Shown: piece by piece, positions 17,448-27,091 of the stretch
Numbering within the stretch: position 1 is the stretch's first letter
Layout: each line of letters begins with the position of its first letter
Assembly: GCA_964562925.1 (NCBI GenBank)
Contig: CAZLVF010000006.1
Location: forward strand, 9,319 to 63,721
From: an uncultured Candidatus Bathyarchaeia archaeon
Lineage (GTDB): Archaea > Thermoproteota > Bathyarchaeia > 40CM-2-53-6 > CAVXDP01
DNA: 54,403 nt
Direction of reading: 5' to 3'
Made by a program: the position numbers and the translations under genes
Notes under the pieces: generated by a model
Databases searched by the model: none
What the model was told of the DNA's origin: nothing
Seen by the model: the letters and a program-made list of their open reading frames with translations, nothing else

Positions 17448-18077
17448 CTATTTCTGAGTTTCTGCAGGCGAGGCTTCGGTCTTATCGAGAGCTTCATCAG
17501 GTGGGTTCGGTCGATGAATAACATCGCCAGGCTTGACTATTTGAAGTTCTTTGAACAGCTTCTGGAGCTGCCTCTTCATGGCCCCGACGTCATGGCTGAG
17601 GTTGAAATAGTCTGCAAAGGTCTCGCTCGTTCTCAAGATTTTTGTCTTTCCAGCCTTCTCGTCAACTACCAAACCCGAGTCCTTCAGTTGTTTCACATAC
17701 TCATACGTGAGTTTTCCCCGGACTTTCACCACATACGCCTGTGAAACAGGCTGTTTTACAGCTATAAACGAGAGAGTCTTCAGTGGCCCCAGAGTCAAGA
17801 GTTGGCGCGTCGCAAGCTTCTTGACAGCTGCCACATACTCGGGTTTCAGCTGCATTACGAACCGTCCATCCTCTAGCTCCAATATCTGAATCGAGCTATG
17901 GATCTGCTCGTACCTCTCGCGAAGTTTCTTGGCGAGGTCGTGAACAGTGCTCTCTGACTTTACTTTGAGGATTGATCCGAGGAGCTTCAGGTCGAGCGGC
18001 CTACCTGTCACGTAGAGCGCAGCCTCAACCATCGCGAGTTGTTCTCTCTCCCTCTGGGATAATGGTTCAGGCTGCAA
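17448..18077 (-). CDS. scpB: segregation and condensation protein B (ScpB, kite subunit)
   Basis: The pattern MVEAALYVTGRPLDLKLLGSIL ... GRFVMQLKPEY ... LKTLSFIAVKQPVSQAYV is the tandem winged-helix ScpB pattern. It overlaps scpA by 11 nt. Confidence 0.85.
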   Translation of the reverse strand: MQPEPLSQREREQLAMVEAALYVTGRPLDLKLLGSILKVKSESTVHDLAKKLRERYEQIHSSIQILELEDGRFVMQLKPEYVAAVKKLATRQLLTLGPLKTLSFIAVKQPVSQAYVVKVRGKLTYEYVKQLKDSGLVVDEKAGKTKILRTSETFADYFNLSHDVGAMKRQLQKLFKELQIVKPGDVIHRPNPPDEALDKTEASPAETQK

Positions 18078-18741
18078 CTGTGGACGTTACCTCTCTGACT
18101 AGTATGGCTATATCGCCAAACTCTTGGTCTTGTTGTAACGTTATCTTTCCTTGGATCGCAAGGAACAGGAGCATTATGAAGTCTCTTACTATGTCTAGGA
18201 AGCGTTTATTTCCAGTTAGGTTGAGAAACGATATCGGGCCTTCTCTCTTGGCTCTCTTGACTAGGTCTGAGTAGAACTCTCCTATGTGCTTGTCGATGTT
18301 CATGAGAAACTCGTCTAGGTGCTTCAGTACGGCGGGCGGTGTTAGGAGAGGCTTCTTTTCCAAGAGAGCTAACCGTTCGCTTTCCAACACTTCCTCTAGG
18401 GTTCTTAGCACCTCAGAGATCGATGTTGACGTATACTCGAACCTTATCGGCATGGGCAGGGCAGGAGGAACGTAGTCTTGAGGTCTGGGTTGAGGAGGTT
18501 TTGGAGGCTCCTCCATCTTGAGAACCTCCTCTGACTTCAGCCTGTGGATTATCGATGATGACAATAGAGCGATTCCTGAGGCGGGGAAGTCGATGTATCC
18601 TTTCTCGTTCATCTGAGCCAAGAAAGAGTTCAGTATGTTGGTCAGGTTGACATCCCATGGCTTCAGCCTATGCACCCTTAGCAGGTCGAATAGGATGACG
18701 TAGGGTGGGCGGAGCCAGAACGGTTTCTCCAGCTCTGTCAC
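18067..18741 (-). CDS. scpA: segregation and condensation protein A (ScpA, kleisin)
   Basis: N-terminal ILFDLLRVHRLKPWDVNLTNILNSFL and C-terminal IVRDFIMLLFLAIQGKITLQQDQEFGDI fit the ScpA kleisin. It overlaps the smc stop by 4 nt. Confidence 0.85.
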   Translation of the reverse strand: MTELEKPFWLRPPYVILFDLLRVHRLKPWDVNLTNILNSFLAQMNEKGYIDFPASGIALLSSSIIHRLKSEEVLKMEEPPKPPQPRPQDYVPPALPMPIRFEYTSTSISEVLRTLEEVLESERLALLEKKPLLTPPAVLKHLDEFLMNIDKHIGEFYSDLVKRAKREGPISFLNLTGNKRFLDIVRDFIMLLFLAIQGKITLQQDQEFGDIAILVREVTSTVAA

Positions 18742-21700
18742 GTTCGTGCCTCCGGCATAGGAAGCGAAACGGCCTGGGAGACTCCTTCTTGGATGTAGAC
18801 CCCGTAGATCCTGTCGGCCCTAGAGATGGTTATGTCCCTTAATGAGACTACGATGAACTGCGACCCTCTCGAGCGTTCTCTAAGTAGATCAGCCAGCCTC
18901 TGTGTGTTGAGAACGTCGAGATGAGCGTCGATCTCGTCAAATATGTAGAAGGGCATCGGGTTGATCGATTGAAGTGCTAGAATGAAACAGACCGTTGCAA
19001 CAGACTTCTCGCCTCCACTCGCGCTGCCGATTGTGAGTTCGGCTTTTCCGGGGAACCTCAGGTAGATGTCCATTCCGCCCTTGAACGGGTCTTCCTGGTT
19101 TTCAAGTAGAAGCCTTCCAGATCCGCCGTTGGATATCTTGGAGAATATCTCTTGGAAGTTTCTGTTCACGCTGTTGAAGGCTTTCATAAATGTATCGTAC
19201 TTCTTTCTCTCCAGCTCGTTCATGAAGTCTATTATGGTAAGCTTTTCATTCGAGAGTTCGTTTATTCTGGTGGAGAGCTGCTTATAGATCTCCTTCTGTT
19301 CTTCATACTGAGTCACGGCAAGCTGGTTCACCGCTCCGATCTCTTCAAGTTCACGTTTAATCAGGTTAAGCGTCGATTCAGCCTCGTTCACTTCTTCAGA
19401 GTCGGCCTGAACCACATCTTGATATCCGAGCTCCTGAAGCTCTTTTAGAAGATATGAGGCCTGTATCTCCTTCTCCTTGAGTTCTCCACTCAACTGGTTT
19501 GTTTCTGTATTAAGTTGCTCATACTTTTCAAAGAGCGCCTTCGTTTGCGACTCTAAGAATTTGAGTTTCGTTTGAAACTCGTCTCTAGTATTTCGGACTG
19601 TAGACAGTTCTTCAGAGATTGATTTGCGTTCGACCTCGAGTTGGGAGAGCTGGTTGAGTGAATCGTCTACGTTTGTCCTCTCTTTCTGGATGCTTTCTTT
19701 TAGTGTGGTTATCTCTTCCTCAAGCTCCGAGACCCGTGTTCTCATCTGTTGGAGGTTTGGTTCTAGGATCTGAATCGATGACTCGAGCGTTCCGATCCTG
19801 CTATCGATCTCTGAGAGTTTCCGTTGGAGTTCGCTGGTTTCTTTCGACAATTCTAGGTGCTTCTGCTGAGATTGGGAGAGCTTTGCAGGATCAACTTTCG
19901 ATCTAGCGGCTTCTCTTCTCTTTATCAGCTCGTCAAGTCTACTTCTAATCTTAGATCTTCTACCACCCATTAGTACGTTTTGATTCTTTTCGTTATGGAC
20001 TTCGACGCTAAGTTCGTCGATCCTCCTGAGAATGTTTGAGAGTGTACTCTTCGCTCTTTGAAGGCTCGTTTCAACATTTGACATCTCTCCATCTATGTGA
20101 ACGATCGATCCTTCAGAGTGAACTTTGTTTTCTTTGAGTGCGTCAAGCTCGGCCTGAAGTCGTTCGACATCCTCTTCGCTCTTGGTGACTAACGTTTCAA
20201 GTGACTTTATCATTCTTTCAAGGTTCTCGACGGCTAGAGTCTTTGAAATCAAAAATTCGATGTCAAGGGGTTTTCGATAGTATCCTCCTTCTATTCCTCC
20301 TTCAGGCTCGTAGACTTCGCCACTTAATGAGACAGCCCTGACGCCGTTCACGGCTGCCATATACGCTGCTTTTTGGCTGTTTGCTAGGACTGTATCTCCA
20401 AAAACAAAGTTGACTGCAGGTTTCAAGGGTTCTTCAACTTGGACGAGGCTTGCAATCGGTCCGATGATGTCAGGGTCGTCCTCGGGCCAATTAACGCTAG
20501 GGATGGATGAGAGGCTCTCCAATGGGACAATCTTTATCCTGCCCATTCTTGTTCGTTTCAGGCTCTCTATGCATTGGACAGCTGATTCTACGTTTTTGAC
20601 AACAAGAGCTTTCATCCATCCGGCTGAAGCTGTTTCCAACGCCTTCCGATAATCCTCTGGAACCTTAACCAGTCTATCGAGCCTTCCAACCACATCTGGA
20701 ATTGCTCCGGCCCGGCCTAGTTCTTCTACCGATTGTAGAGCCTTCTCTTCTGCTCCGAAGGTCTGAACAACGTCCTTTTGAATCTCAAACTCGAAAGTAG
20801 TCGCAGAAGCTCTCTCCACGATCTCCTTAGATTCTCGAATATCACCCAGTTTGCTCTCTTTGAGCTCTGCGTGATCTCTGATCTTCTTCTCTATCTCCTC
20901 CAGTTGTTTCTGCTCCTCGATGCGTAGATTTGCTAGATCTTTAGATCTCTTCTCTATCTCTTCTATCAGCCGTTCATACTCGATCTTCCTACTCTCAAGG
21001 GTCTTTAGATGTCCGAAGACAAGTTGGAGCTTAACCGAGCCTGCGTCTATCTCTGCACCTAGCTTCGCCTCTTCGCAGGACAGTTCATTGATACTATCTT
21101 CCAGATTCTGCAGTTCTTTGTTGAAGGCATCAACCGTCCTTGCAGCGTCTTGGACATCTTTCCATATCTCGGTCTCAACCGTCGTCTTTTCGGTAAGTAC
21201 AGTATACAGGTTCTCTCTGGCTTCTCTCAGCCTTAAGAGCTCAGCCTTGTGGCTTTCAACGGTCTTCACAACTTCGTCTATCTGCTTTTCAAGGTCTTGC
21301 TTCTCCTTTTCAACTCTCTTCAGTCGCGTCTCGCTGGAGCCGGTTTCTGTCTGAGACTTTGCTATCTCCCTAGATCGCTCCCCGATCGTTCGCTCAACCT
21401 CGAACATCCTAGCTGTCCATTGATCAACAGTCTCACGTTCAAGCCTCTGTTTCTCATCCTCGATCTGGACTTTCTCATTTGAAACTCTGTCTCGCTCCTG
21501 TCTTACCCTCTCGGCTTCGACTCGCCTCTTTTCGGAATACTCTCTCTTCTTTGATGCTTCTTCCTGTAAGCTCTTGATCCTGCTCGAAAGCATGAGAGCT
21601 TTAGACCGGTTGAACTCGTCCTTGAGAAATCTATACCTTAAGAAATCGTTTCTCTCTCTTTCGAGAGATTCGACGCGGGATCTTACCTCATCTACCTTGG

Positions 21701-22274
21701 CTGATGCAACCTTCAGGTTCACGTCTGCCTGCTGTAATTGAACCTGAGCCTCAGCCTTCTTCGCATCGTAGACGGCGATTCCTATCATATCCTCAACGAT
21801 CTTTCTTCTCTCTTCAGGTGTAACCTCCGCTAATCTCGTGATCGCATGCTGCGGTACAATGTTGAAGCCTGTAACCTCTATACCGGCCGAGGAGAGAATC
21901 TCAGTAACCTGCTTTCTAGGTATCCTGCGTCCGTTGATTCTGTATACTCCCTCTCCACCCCTGACGAACTCTCTCGATACAGTAACCAAGTCGGAATCGA
22001 CCGGGATCCGTCTATCCGAGTTTTCGAATTGAATAGCCGCATAGGCAGAGCGCAGGTGGGTTTGAGTTGTCTTGGAAATGAGGTCTCCAAGAGACCCGCC
22101 GCGCAACTCTTTCGGGCTGAGTTCACCTAGAGTGAACTTGACGCTGTCCACTATGTTGCTCTTTCCGGAACCGTTGGCTCCTGTGATGACGGTGAAGCCT
22201 CTATCTAATGACAGTGAGACCTTCTTGCCAAAGGTCTTGAAACCTCTCAGGTCGATTCTTTTGATATAGACCAA
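18738..22274 (-). CDS. smc: chromosome segregation protein SMC (canonical, full length)
   Basis: 1178 aa. It has Walker A GANGSGKSN, long coiled coils, a hinge (GPIASLVQVEE...AVSLSGEVYEPEGGIEGG), the signature SGGEKSVATVCFILAL, Walker B FYIFDEIDAHLD, and QFIVVSLR. The start is TTG. Confidence 0.95.
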   Translation of the reverse strand: MVYIKRIDLRGFKTFGKKVSLSLDRGFTVITGANGSGKSNIVDSVKFTLGELSPKELRGGSLGDLISKTTQTHLRSAYAAIQFENSDRRIPVDSDLVTVSREFVRGGEGVYRINGRRIPRKQVTEILSSAGIEVTGFNIVPQHAITRLAEVTPEERRKIVEDMIGIAVYDAKKAEAQVQLQQADVNLKVASAKVDEVRSRVESLERERNDFLRYRFLKDEFNRSKALMLSSRIKSLQEEASKKREYSEKRRVEAERVRQERDRVSNEKVQIEDEKQRLERETVDQWTARMFEVERTIGERSREIAKSQTETGSSETRLKRVEKEKQDLEKQIDEVVKTVESHKAELLRLREARENLYTVLTEKTTVETEIWKDVQDAARTVDAFNKELQNLEDSINELSCEEAKLGAEIDAGSVKLQLVFGHLKTLESRKIEYERLIEEIEKRSKDLANLRIEEQKQLEEIEKKIRDHAELKESKLGDIRESKEIVERASATTFEFEIQKDVVQTFGAEEKALQSVEELGRAGAIPDVVGRLDRLVKVPEDYRKALETASAGWMKALVVKNVESAVQCIESLKRTRMGRIKIVPLESLSSIPSVNWPEDDPDIIGPIASLVQVEEPLKPAVNFVFGDTVLANSQKAAYMAAVNGVRAVSLSGEVYEPEGGIEGGYYRKPLDIEFLISKTLAVENLERMIKSLETLVTKSEEDVERLQAELDALKENKVHSEGSIVHIDGEMSNVETSLQRAKSTLSNILRRIDELSVEVHNEKNQNVLMGGRRSKIRSRLDELIKRREAARSKVDPAKLSQSQQKHLELSKETSELQRKLSEIDSRIGTLESSIQILEPNLQQMRTRVSELEEEITTLKESIQKERTNVDDSLNQLSQLEVERKSISEELSTVRNTRDEFQTKLKFLESQTKALFEKYEQLNTETNQLSGELKEKEIQASYLLKELQELGYQDVVQADSEEVNEAESTLNLIKRELEEIGAVNQLAVTQYEEQKEIYKQLSTRINELSNEKLTIIDFMNELERKKYDTFMKAFNSVNRNFQEIFSKISNGGSGRLLLENQEDPFKGGMDIYLRFPGKAELTIGSASGGEKSVATVCFILALQSINPMPFYIFDEIDAHLDVLNTQRLADLLRERSRGSQFIVVSLRDITISRADRIYGVYIQEGVSQAVSLPMPEART

Positions 22275-22464
22275 TCGCTAGGAGCCCGGCCGGTACAATT
22301 CACACGCCGGTAGGTGAGAGGGAACGAGAATTTAGCGGTTCCTGTCAAGAATATGTAGCACACGATCGTTGTAGGGCTTGTATGTCATATTGTCTGTATC
22401 AAATTCCATTCAGAACCGAGTGAGAGTAGTCAATGTTCGGACCGATCGATGCATATTCTTCTCT

Positions 22465-23247
22465 TCAGGCTCCGAACCTTCGTTTTCGCTGTTGGTAGGT
22501 TCTGATCGCTCGGAGAAGATCTATCTTCCTAAAGTCAGGCCAGTAGACGTCTAGGAAGCATAGCTCGCTATAGGCTGACTGCCAAAGGAGAAATCCGCTG
22601 AGCCTCTCCTCTCCGGATGTTCTCACTACAAGGTCGGGATATGGGTTTGGAAGATGCGCTGTGTACAGATAGTTGCTGAAGAGCTTCTCGTCGATCTGAG
22701 CTGAGGTAAGTTTTCCATACTCTACGTCTCTTCCAAGTTTCTTCGCGGCATCAACTATCTCTGCTCTTCCACCGTAGGCGATTGCTATATTCAGGTAGTG
22801 GCCATCGTAGTTGCTTGTAGTTTGCTCCACCCTTTCAAAGATCTCACGCATGCTCTTGGGAAGTAGCTCCAGTCTTCCTAGGGCTTTAACCCGCACACGG
22901 TTCTCATGTATTCTCGAATCATCTCCTAGACGTCTCAGCTGATTCTCAATCAGTTTCAAAACCCCCTCCACCTCGTGCCCCTTCCTGTTGAAGTTCTCGG
23001 TAGAAAAAGTGTAGACGGTTACCGTCTTTATGTTCAGGTCGAGCGCCCAATCGAGAAACTCTTCGCCCGTCTTCGCGCCTCTTTCATGGCCTAGGATCGA
23101 AGGCAGAGAATGCCCGGAAGCCCATCTTCTGTTCCCGTCAAGAATCAAGGCTATATGCTCCGGCATCCGGTCAGCTCTCACTTGTCTGTCTAACCATTTC
23201 TCATACAGTTTGTAGACGCCTATAGATCTAAGAAATCCTCTTAGCAA
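22465..23247 (-). CDS. uppS: cis-prenyltransferase (undecaprenyl/di-trans,poly-cis-prenyl diphosphate synthase)
   Basis: Contains HIALILDGNRRWA, FSTENFNR, RTSGEERLSGFLLWQSAYSELCF and the RRFG C-terminus. Confidence 0.9.
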   Translation of the reverse strand: MLRGFLRSIGVYKLYEKWLDRQVRADRMPEHIALILDGNRRWASGHSLPSILGHERGAKTGEEFLDWALDLNIKTVTVYTFSTENFNRKGHEVEGVLKLIENQLRRLGDDSRIHENRVRVKALGRLELLPKSMREIFERVEQTTSNYDGHYLNIAIAYGGRAEIVDAAKKLGRDVEYGKLTSAQIDEKLFSNYLYTAHLPNPYPDLVVRTSGEERLSGFLLWQSAYSELCFLDVYWPDFRKIDLLRAIRTYQQRKRRFGA

Positions 23248-23256
23248 GTCTTCAAC

Positions 23257-24156
23257 CTACATCTTCGCGTGCTCGAGAGCTCTTGAACAAGAACATCCTC
23301 TCTCCCTCGGGATTGACTTGATCGTCTCGTCAAGAATCTCTTTAATGGCCTGTATGCTCTTTCGGGCTATATCGGTGACCTCTTCCGCCGTTAACCTGCT
23401 CTGTAGGCCCGCCGCCATATTCGAGACGAAACATATCGCGGCATAGCAGATCTCAAGTTCTCTGGCAAGAAACACTTCGGGAGAGCCGGTCATGCCCACG
23501 ATGTCGCATCCGATACTCTTCATCATCCTGATCTCTGCAGGTGTCTCAAATCTCGGGCCTTCTGTTGCTGCAAGAACCGTTGCTTCCCAAGACTGCTTGC
23601 CCAGTTTCACTGAAGACGCTGAAAGGAACTTCCTCAGTTCGGGACAGTATGGATCGGTCACATCTATGTGAGTTACAGGCGCTTCATCATAGAATGTGGC
23701 TATCCTCGTCTTGGTGAAGTCTATTATGTCTGATGGAACCACTAGGTCGCCTGGTTTGTACCTCTCGTTTATCGCTCCTACCGCGTTGGTTGATATGATT
23801 CGTTCTACTCCGATCTTTTTCAGACTCCAAATGTTTGCGCGGTAATTGACTCTGTGCGGTGGGATCTCATGTTCTAGTCCATGTCTGGGTAGGAAGGCTA
23901 CAGGATGCTCGCCTAAGGTCCCAGTGGATATGGGTGGCGAGATACCGTAGGGGGTTCCCATTCTGAATCGTTCAGCCTTGTCCAAGAGGCGTTCTAGGCC
24001 TGTGCCTCCAATCAGCGCTATCCTCGCTTGATGCAACCGTTCCACGTCCCAGTTATCTTCAGAAACGTCGAGGACAGAGAAAACTCTATTGGCAGCGGTT
24101 TGGTCTTCTGCGGTCTCACACAGCTCCCCTATCGACAAGTAACTTGAACTCTTCAA
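23257..24156 (-). CDS. mtnP: S-methyl-5'-thioadenosine phosphorylase / purine nucleoside phosphorylase
   Basis: Contains IALIGGTGL, FLPRHGLEHEIPPHRVNYRANIWSLKKIGVERIISTNAVG, EGPRFETPAE and VGMT. The long form overlaps the upstream gene by 41 nt. An in-frame GTG at 24045 (MERLHQARIALIGG) is a plausible true start. Confidence 0.85.
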   Translation of the reverse strand: MKSSSYLSIGELCETAEDQTAANRVFSVLDVSEDNWDVERLHQARIALIGGTGLERLLDKAERFRMGTPYGISPPISTGTLGEHPVAFLPRHGLEHEIPPHRVNYRANIWSLKKIGVERIISTNAVGAINERYKPGDLVVPSDIIDFTKTRIATFYDEAPVTHIDVTDPYCPELRKFLSASSVKLGKQSWEATVLAATEGPRFETPAEIRMMKSIGCDIVGMTGSPEVFLARELEICYAAICFVSNMAAGLQSRLTAEEVTDIARKSIQAIKEILDETIKSIPRERGCSCSRALEHAKM

Positions 24157-25057
24157 ACGTCAATTTCTTTCCCTTCTTCAATTTATTCGTAGCTAGGTCC
24201 TCGATTTTCTTTCGTATCTCCTCCTCTTTGAGTGCTTCTTCAGCTTCGTAATAGCTCCTGATCTGATCTTCCAACTCCTTGATCATCCCTAGCTTGGCTA
24301 CGTACTCGAGATGTGCATTGTCGCCTTGGGTTCTAGTATTCATATAGGCGTGGTGGGCTTCATCCGCTTTCTTCTTTAATTCCGTAGCCGAGCTCACAAT
24401 CTCCATCATCCTCTTATGGTAGACCTCGCTCTCCTCGGCAAGTTCTGTAAGCCGCTTATGAATGATGTTTGCTTGTAGTTCAATAGACTTTGATTCATTA
24501 TGGAGCTTGGCGATCTTCTTTTCTATCTCCTTCTTCTTCTTTAGAATGGCTAATTGGCCTTCAAGTTCTTTGACTCTTGAGATAAGCTTGTACTCCTCTC
24601 TTTGCGACAGAGGGGTCGTCTGGATCTGCCACTCAAGTTTTTCCAGATCCTTCTTTGTGGACTGATAGGTTCCCGGCGCCTGTGTATCAAGTGCACGAAG
24701 CTTCTCTGTCAAGGCCTTGACTTCGGCCCGGTTTCTTGAAACAACGGCTCTCGCCTCATCTCGCTTTGCTTTCAGACTTTGAACTTGAGCGTTCAACTCG
24801 TTCCGCTTGTTCTTGACTGTCTGGATCTCTTCCTTCAGTCTTTTGAATTTCTCGTTAAGCTCATCTCTTGTTTCCGCAAGTTTCTTAGCCTCTTTGTTGA
24901 GTTCATTACGTTGATTGCGAGACGTAGAAACCTGTTCCTCGAGGATCCTGACTTTCTCAGCGATCTCTCCAGGCTCCGACTCGTTCACTTGGCCGCCACC
25001 CAGACGTGACAGCCCTAGCTTCAAAAGCTTCAAGAGATAAGCTTTGTCTAGAGTCAA
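24116..25057 (-). CDS. conserved archaeal coiled-coil protein (COG1340-like)
   Basis: 313 aa, almost entirely heptad-rich K/E/L sequence with repeated NELN..AK.L motifs and a short C-terminal KKGKKLTFEEFKLL tail. The family name is from memory. Confidence 0.65.
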   Translation of the reverse strand: MTLDKAYLLKLLKLGLSRLGGGQVNESEPGEIAEKVRILEEQVSTSRNQRNELNKEAKKLAETRDELNEKFKRLKEEIQTVKNKRNELNAQVQSLKAKRDEARAVVSRNRAEVKALTEKLRALDTQAPGTYQSTKKDLEKLEWQIQTTPLSQREEYKLISRVKELEGQLAILKKKKEIEKKIAKLHNESKSIELQANIIHKRLTELAEESEVYHKRMMEIVSSATELKKKADEAHHAYMNTRTQGDNAHLEYVAKLGMIKELEDQIRSYYEAEEALKEEEIRKKIEDLATNKLKKGKKLTFEEFKLLVDRGAV

Positions 25058-25233
25058 TCGAACGGGTGTCAGTCATTCCAGTCGAGAGTGGCCATGAATA
25101 GTCGCTCTGCGACGACGCTGGAACTAGAAAGCGAAAATGTGGGAGAGATGGAGATTTTCAAAAGACGAAGGAAAGGGCTATGGTTTGCTATCCAAGCTGC
25201 GGGAAAGATTGCCGGTGGGTCTAAGTTTGGAAC

Positions 25234-25383
25234 TCAGCGGCGTCTCTTTATTCCTGTTGGTCTAGCAACCCGCACGGACCCGTCGGAGAGAACATGAAAC
25301 TCAACCACATCACCTGGCCGCAGTGACAGCAGCTCGCAGAGTCTCCTACCCAAGCCTCCAATATCCAACTCCGTCTGAGGCAT
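25234..25383 (-). CDS. AbrB/SpoVT-like small DNA-binding protein (49 aa)
   Basis: Hand-translated: MPQTELDIGGLGRRLCELLSLRPGDVVEFHVLSDGSVRVARPTGIKRRR*. The L.PGD.VEF.V..DG.V.V core is typical of swapped-hairpin AbrB/MazE/VapB domains. GGAGCG lies upstream of the ATG. Confidence 0.45.
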   Translation of the reverse strand: MPQTELDIGGLGRRLCELLSLRPGDVVEFHVLSDGSVRVARPTGIKRRR

Positions 25384-25410
25384 CAGTTGATCGCTCCAAA
25401 CTCGAGTCTG

Positions 25411-25542
25411 CTACGCGTTCGGCTCGATTCCACCGCATCTCCGGCAGTACTTCGCGTCTATCACGTCGTAGTCGTTTTCAACTTGATCGATGACGAGAGA
25501 ATCTTGGAAGCTGTGCCCCACTAGCCTACAAATGAAGTTCAC
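25411..25542 (-). CDS. small zinc-ribbon-like protein (43 aa, DUF1660-like?)
   Basis: Hand-translated from a GTG: VNFICRLVGHSFQDSLVIDQVENDYDVIDAKYCRRCGGIEPNA*. It has the C-x-x-x-G-H...C-R-R-C-G pattern. GGAGG lies 9 nt upstream of the GTG. Confidence 0.4.
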   Translation of the reverse strand: MNFICRLVGHSFQDSLVIDQVENDYDVIDAKYCRRCGGIEPNA

Positions 25543-25933
25543 TCTCAATCGCCTCCGACGTGTCGATAGTTGTTGGTTGGTGATATATTAACGTTCCGAT
25601 ATTGGTACGTTGACGTTCTCCACAATCTCAAGGAAGAAAGGCTCAATGAAAGGTTTCTTATTGGCAAACGCATATTTTCTACGAGGCCGCATTCACTGCC
25701 TGAGGTGAAACAAGATGGGCAAGCCACGACAGATAAGAAAGCCAAAGAAGAAGAAGTAGAAGCCTTACTACGCGCGGTAAGGCGGCTCGGTTCTTTTTCT
25801 CCGATTTAGTAGAGCTATGCGTCTCAGTTTATGTACAAACGCGTGTCCGCTAAGGATGTCATGAATTAGTTGGGATTGGCAAGACATAAAAAGCAAATCA
25901 TACGTACTATGTTAGCCAAGCGAATCTGTCTGC

Positions 25934-26200
25934 ATGTGTCAAGAATTGAGTAGTCTAGTACTCGATACAACAAACGTAGAACAAGAGATAGACCTGCTGA
26001 ACACGGCTACCAAACGTTTACGTCTGAACCGGTTTCCCGGCTCCACTTTCTATCCATGGTGTAGAGTTAGAGACCCCGTGGAAGATCACTTTCTGGTTCT
26101 ACATCTTCCACCGGAGTATCGTTTCTCATGTCAAGATGTGGAGAGCTCTATCATACTGAACTCCGTTAAGGAAAGAGTTGCCGACGCTACAGCACGGTAG
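25934..26200 (+). CDS. hypothetical protein
   Basis: 88-aa ORF with no competing ORF, no SD sequence and no recognisable motifs. Confidence 0.25.
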   Translation: MCQELSSLVLDTTNVEQEIDLLNTATKRLRLNRFPGSTFYPWCRVRDPVEDHFLVLHLPPEYRFSCQDVESSIILNSVKERVADATAR

Positions 26201-26251
26201 CAGCTCCCAGCGGATATGGTCGCTGAGACTTTTTCCACGGAAGGTATAGCT

Positions 26252-26980
26252 TCAGGTATCCTGTTGTTTCTTCTCGAGGATGATCCTTGCGTCTACAACG
26301 CTGGCGCCTTTTGTGTATACCATTGTTGGGTTGAGATCTATTTCTGATATCTCTGGGAAGTCCATTGCAAGGTCTGAGACTCTCAGTAGAGTTTCGGCTA
26401 TGGCTTCTTCGTCGGCCGGGGGAAGGTTCCTGTAACCTTTCAGGATAGGGTAAGCCTTTATTTCATGGATCATTTCGATTGCGTCGGTTCTGGTGATTGG
26501 AGCTACTCTAAAAGTCACATCCTTCATTATCTCTACGAAGATTCCCCCGATCCCAAACATTACGGTTTGTCCAAACTGAGGATCCTTGATAGCTCCTATG
26601 ATTACCTCGGTTGCTTGCGGCGCCATCTTCTGAACCAATACGCCCACGATCCTAGCGTCAGGTCTATGGCGTTTCGCATTTTCCAGAATCTGATCAAAAC
26701 CCTTCTTCACACTCTCCGATTCATTAAGTCCAACTAATACGCCGCTGGCCTCGGTCTTGTGGACTATGTCAGGTGAAACGATCTTGAGGACAATAGGAAA
26801 CCCTATTCTCCGCGCATGCTCGACCGCTTCCTCAGCCGTGCTTGCAACAATAAATTCCGGAACCGAAATCTTGTATCTGAGACAGATCTCCTTCGCCTCG
26901 TTCTCAAGCAGATTAAGCCTTGACTCCTCTATCGCCCGGCTGATTATCTCCTCAACCTCTTTCTGTCGGATGATCTCCAC
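26252..26980 (-). CDS. acdB: ADP-forming acetyl-CoA synthetase beta subunit (ATP-grasp domain protein)
   Basis: LLENEAKEICLRYKISVPEF....AEEAVEHARRIGFPIVLKIVSPDIVHKTEASGV.VGL and PEISEIDLNP are typical of the ACD beta / ATP-grasp_5 family. The start is GTG. Confidence 0.8.
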   Translation of the reverse strand: MEIIRQKEVEEIISRAIEESRLNLLENEAKEICLRYKISVPEFIVASTAEEAVEHARRIGFPIVLKIVSPDIVHKTEASGVLVGLNESESVKKGFDQILENAKRHRPDARIVGVLVQKMAPQATEVIIGAIKDPQFGQTVMFGIGGIFVEIMKDVTFRVAPITRTDAIEMIHEIKAYPILKGYRNLPPADEEAIAETLLRVSDLAMDFPEISEIDLNPTMVYTKGASVVDARIILEKKQQDT

Positions 26981-27091
26981 GCCCCAACCAGCATGATGTT
27001 CAGGTTTTCATAGATTTCAAATTTTCTTGGGAAGTTGTGCTCCCCCATATCGTCTAGAGCTAGTCAACTCATAATCGACGGAAATCCTAAC

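Noticed and set aside
19066-22269. Numerous 60-144-aa ORFs antisense to or out of frame with smc (for example 20920..21354 and 21846..22130). Similar shadow ORFs occur inside the thermosome, AAA-Lon, SMC-like and kinase genes.
   Set aside because: They lie entirely within long, motif-supported genes. They have Ser/Leu/Arg-rich low-complexity translations typical of antisense frames of K/E-rich coiled-coil coding sequence.
25088-25297. A 69-aa plus-strand ORF next to the coiled-coil gene.
   Set aside because: It overlaps the better-supported minus-strand AbrB-like mini-gene and has no SD or motifs.
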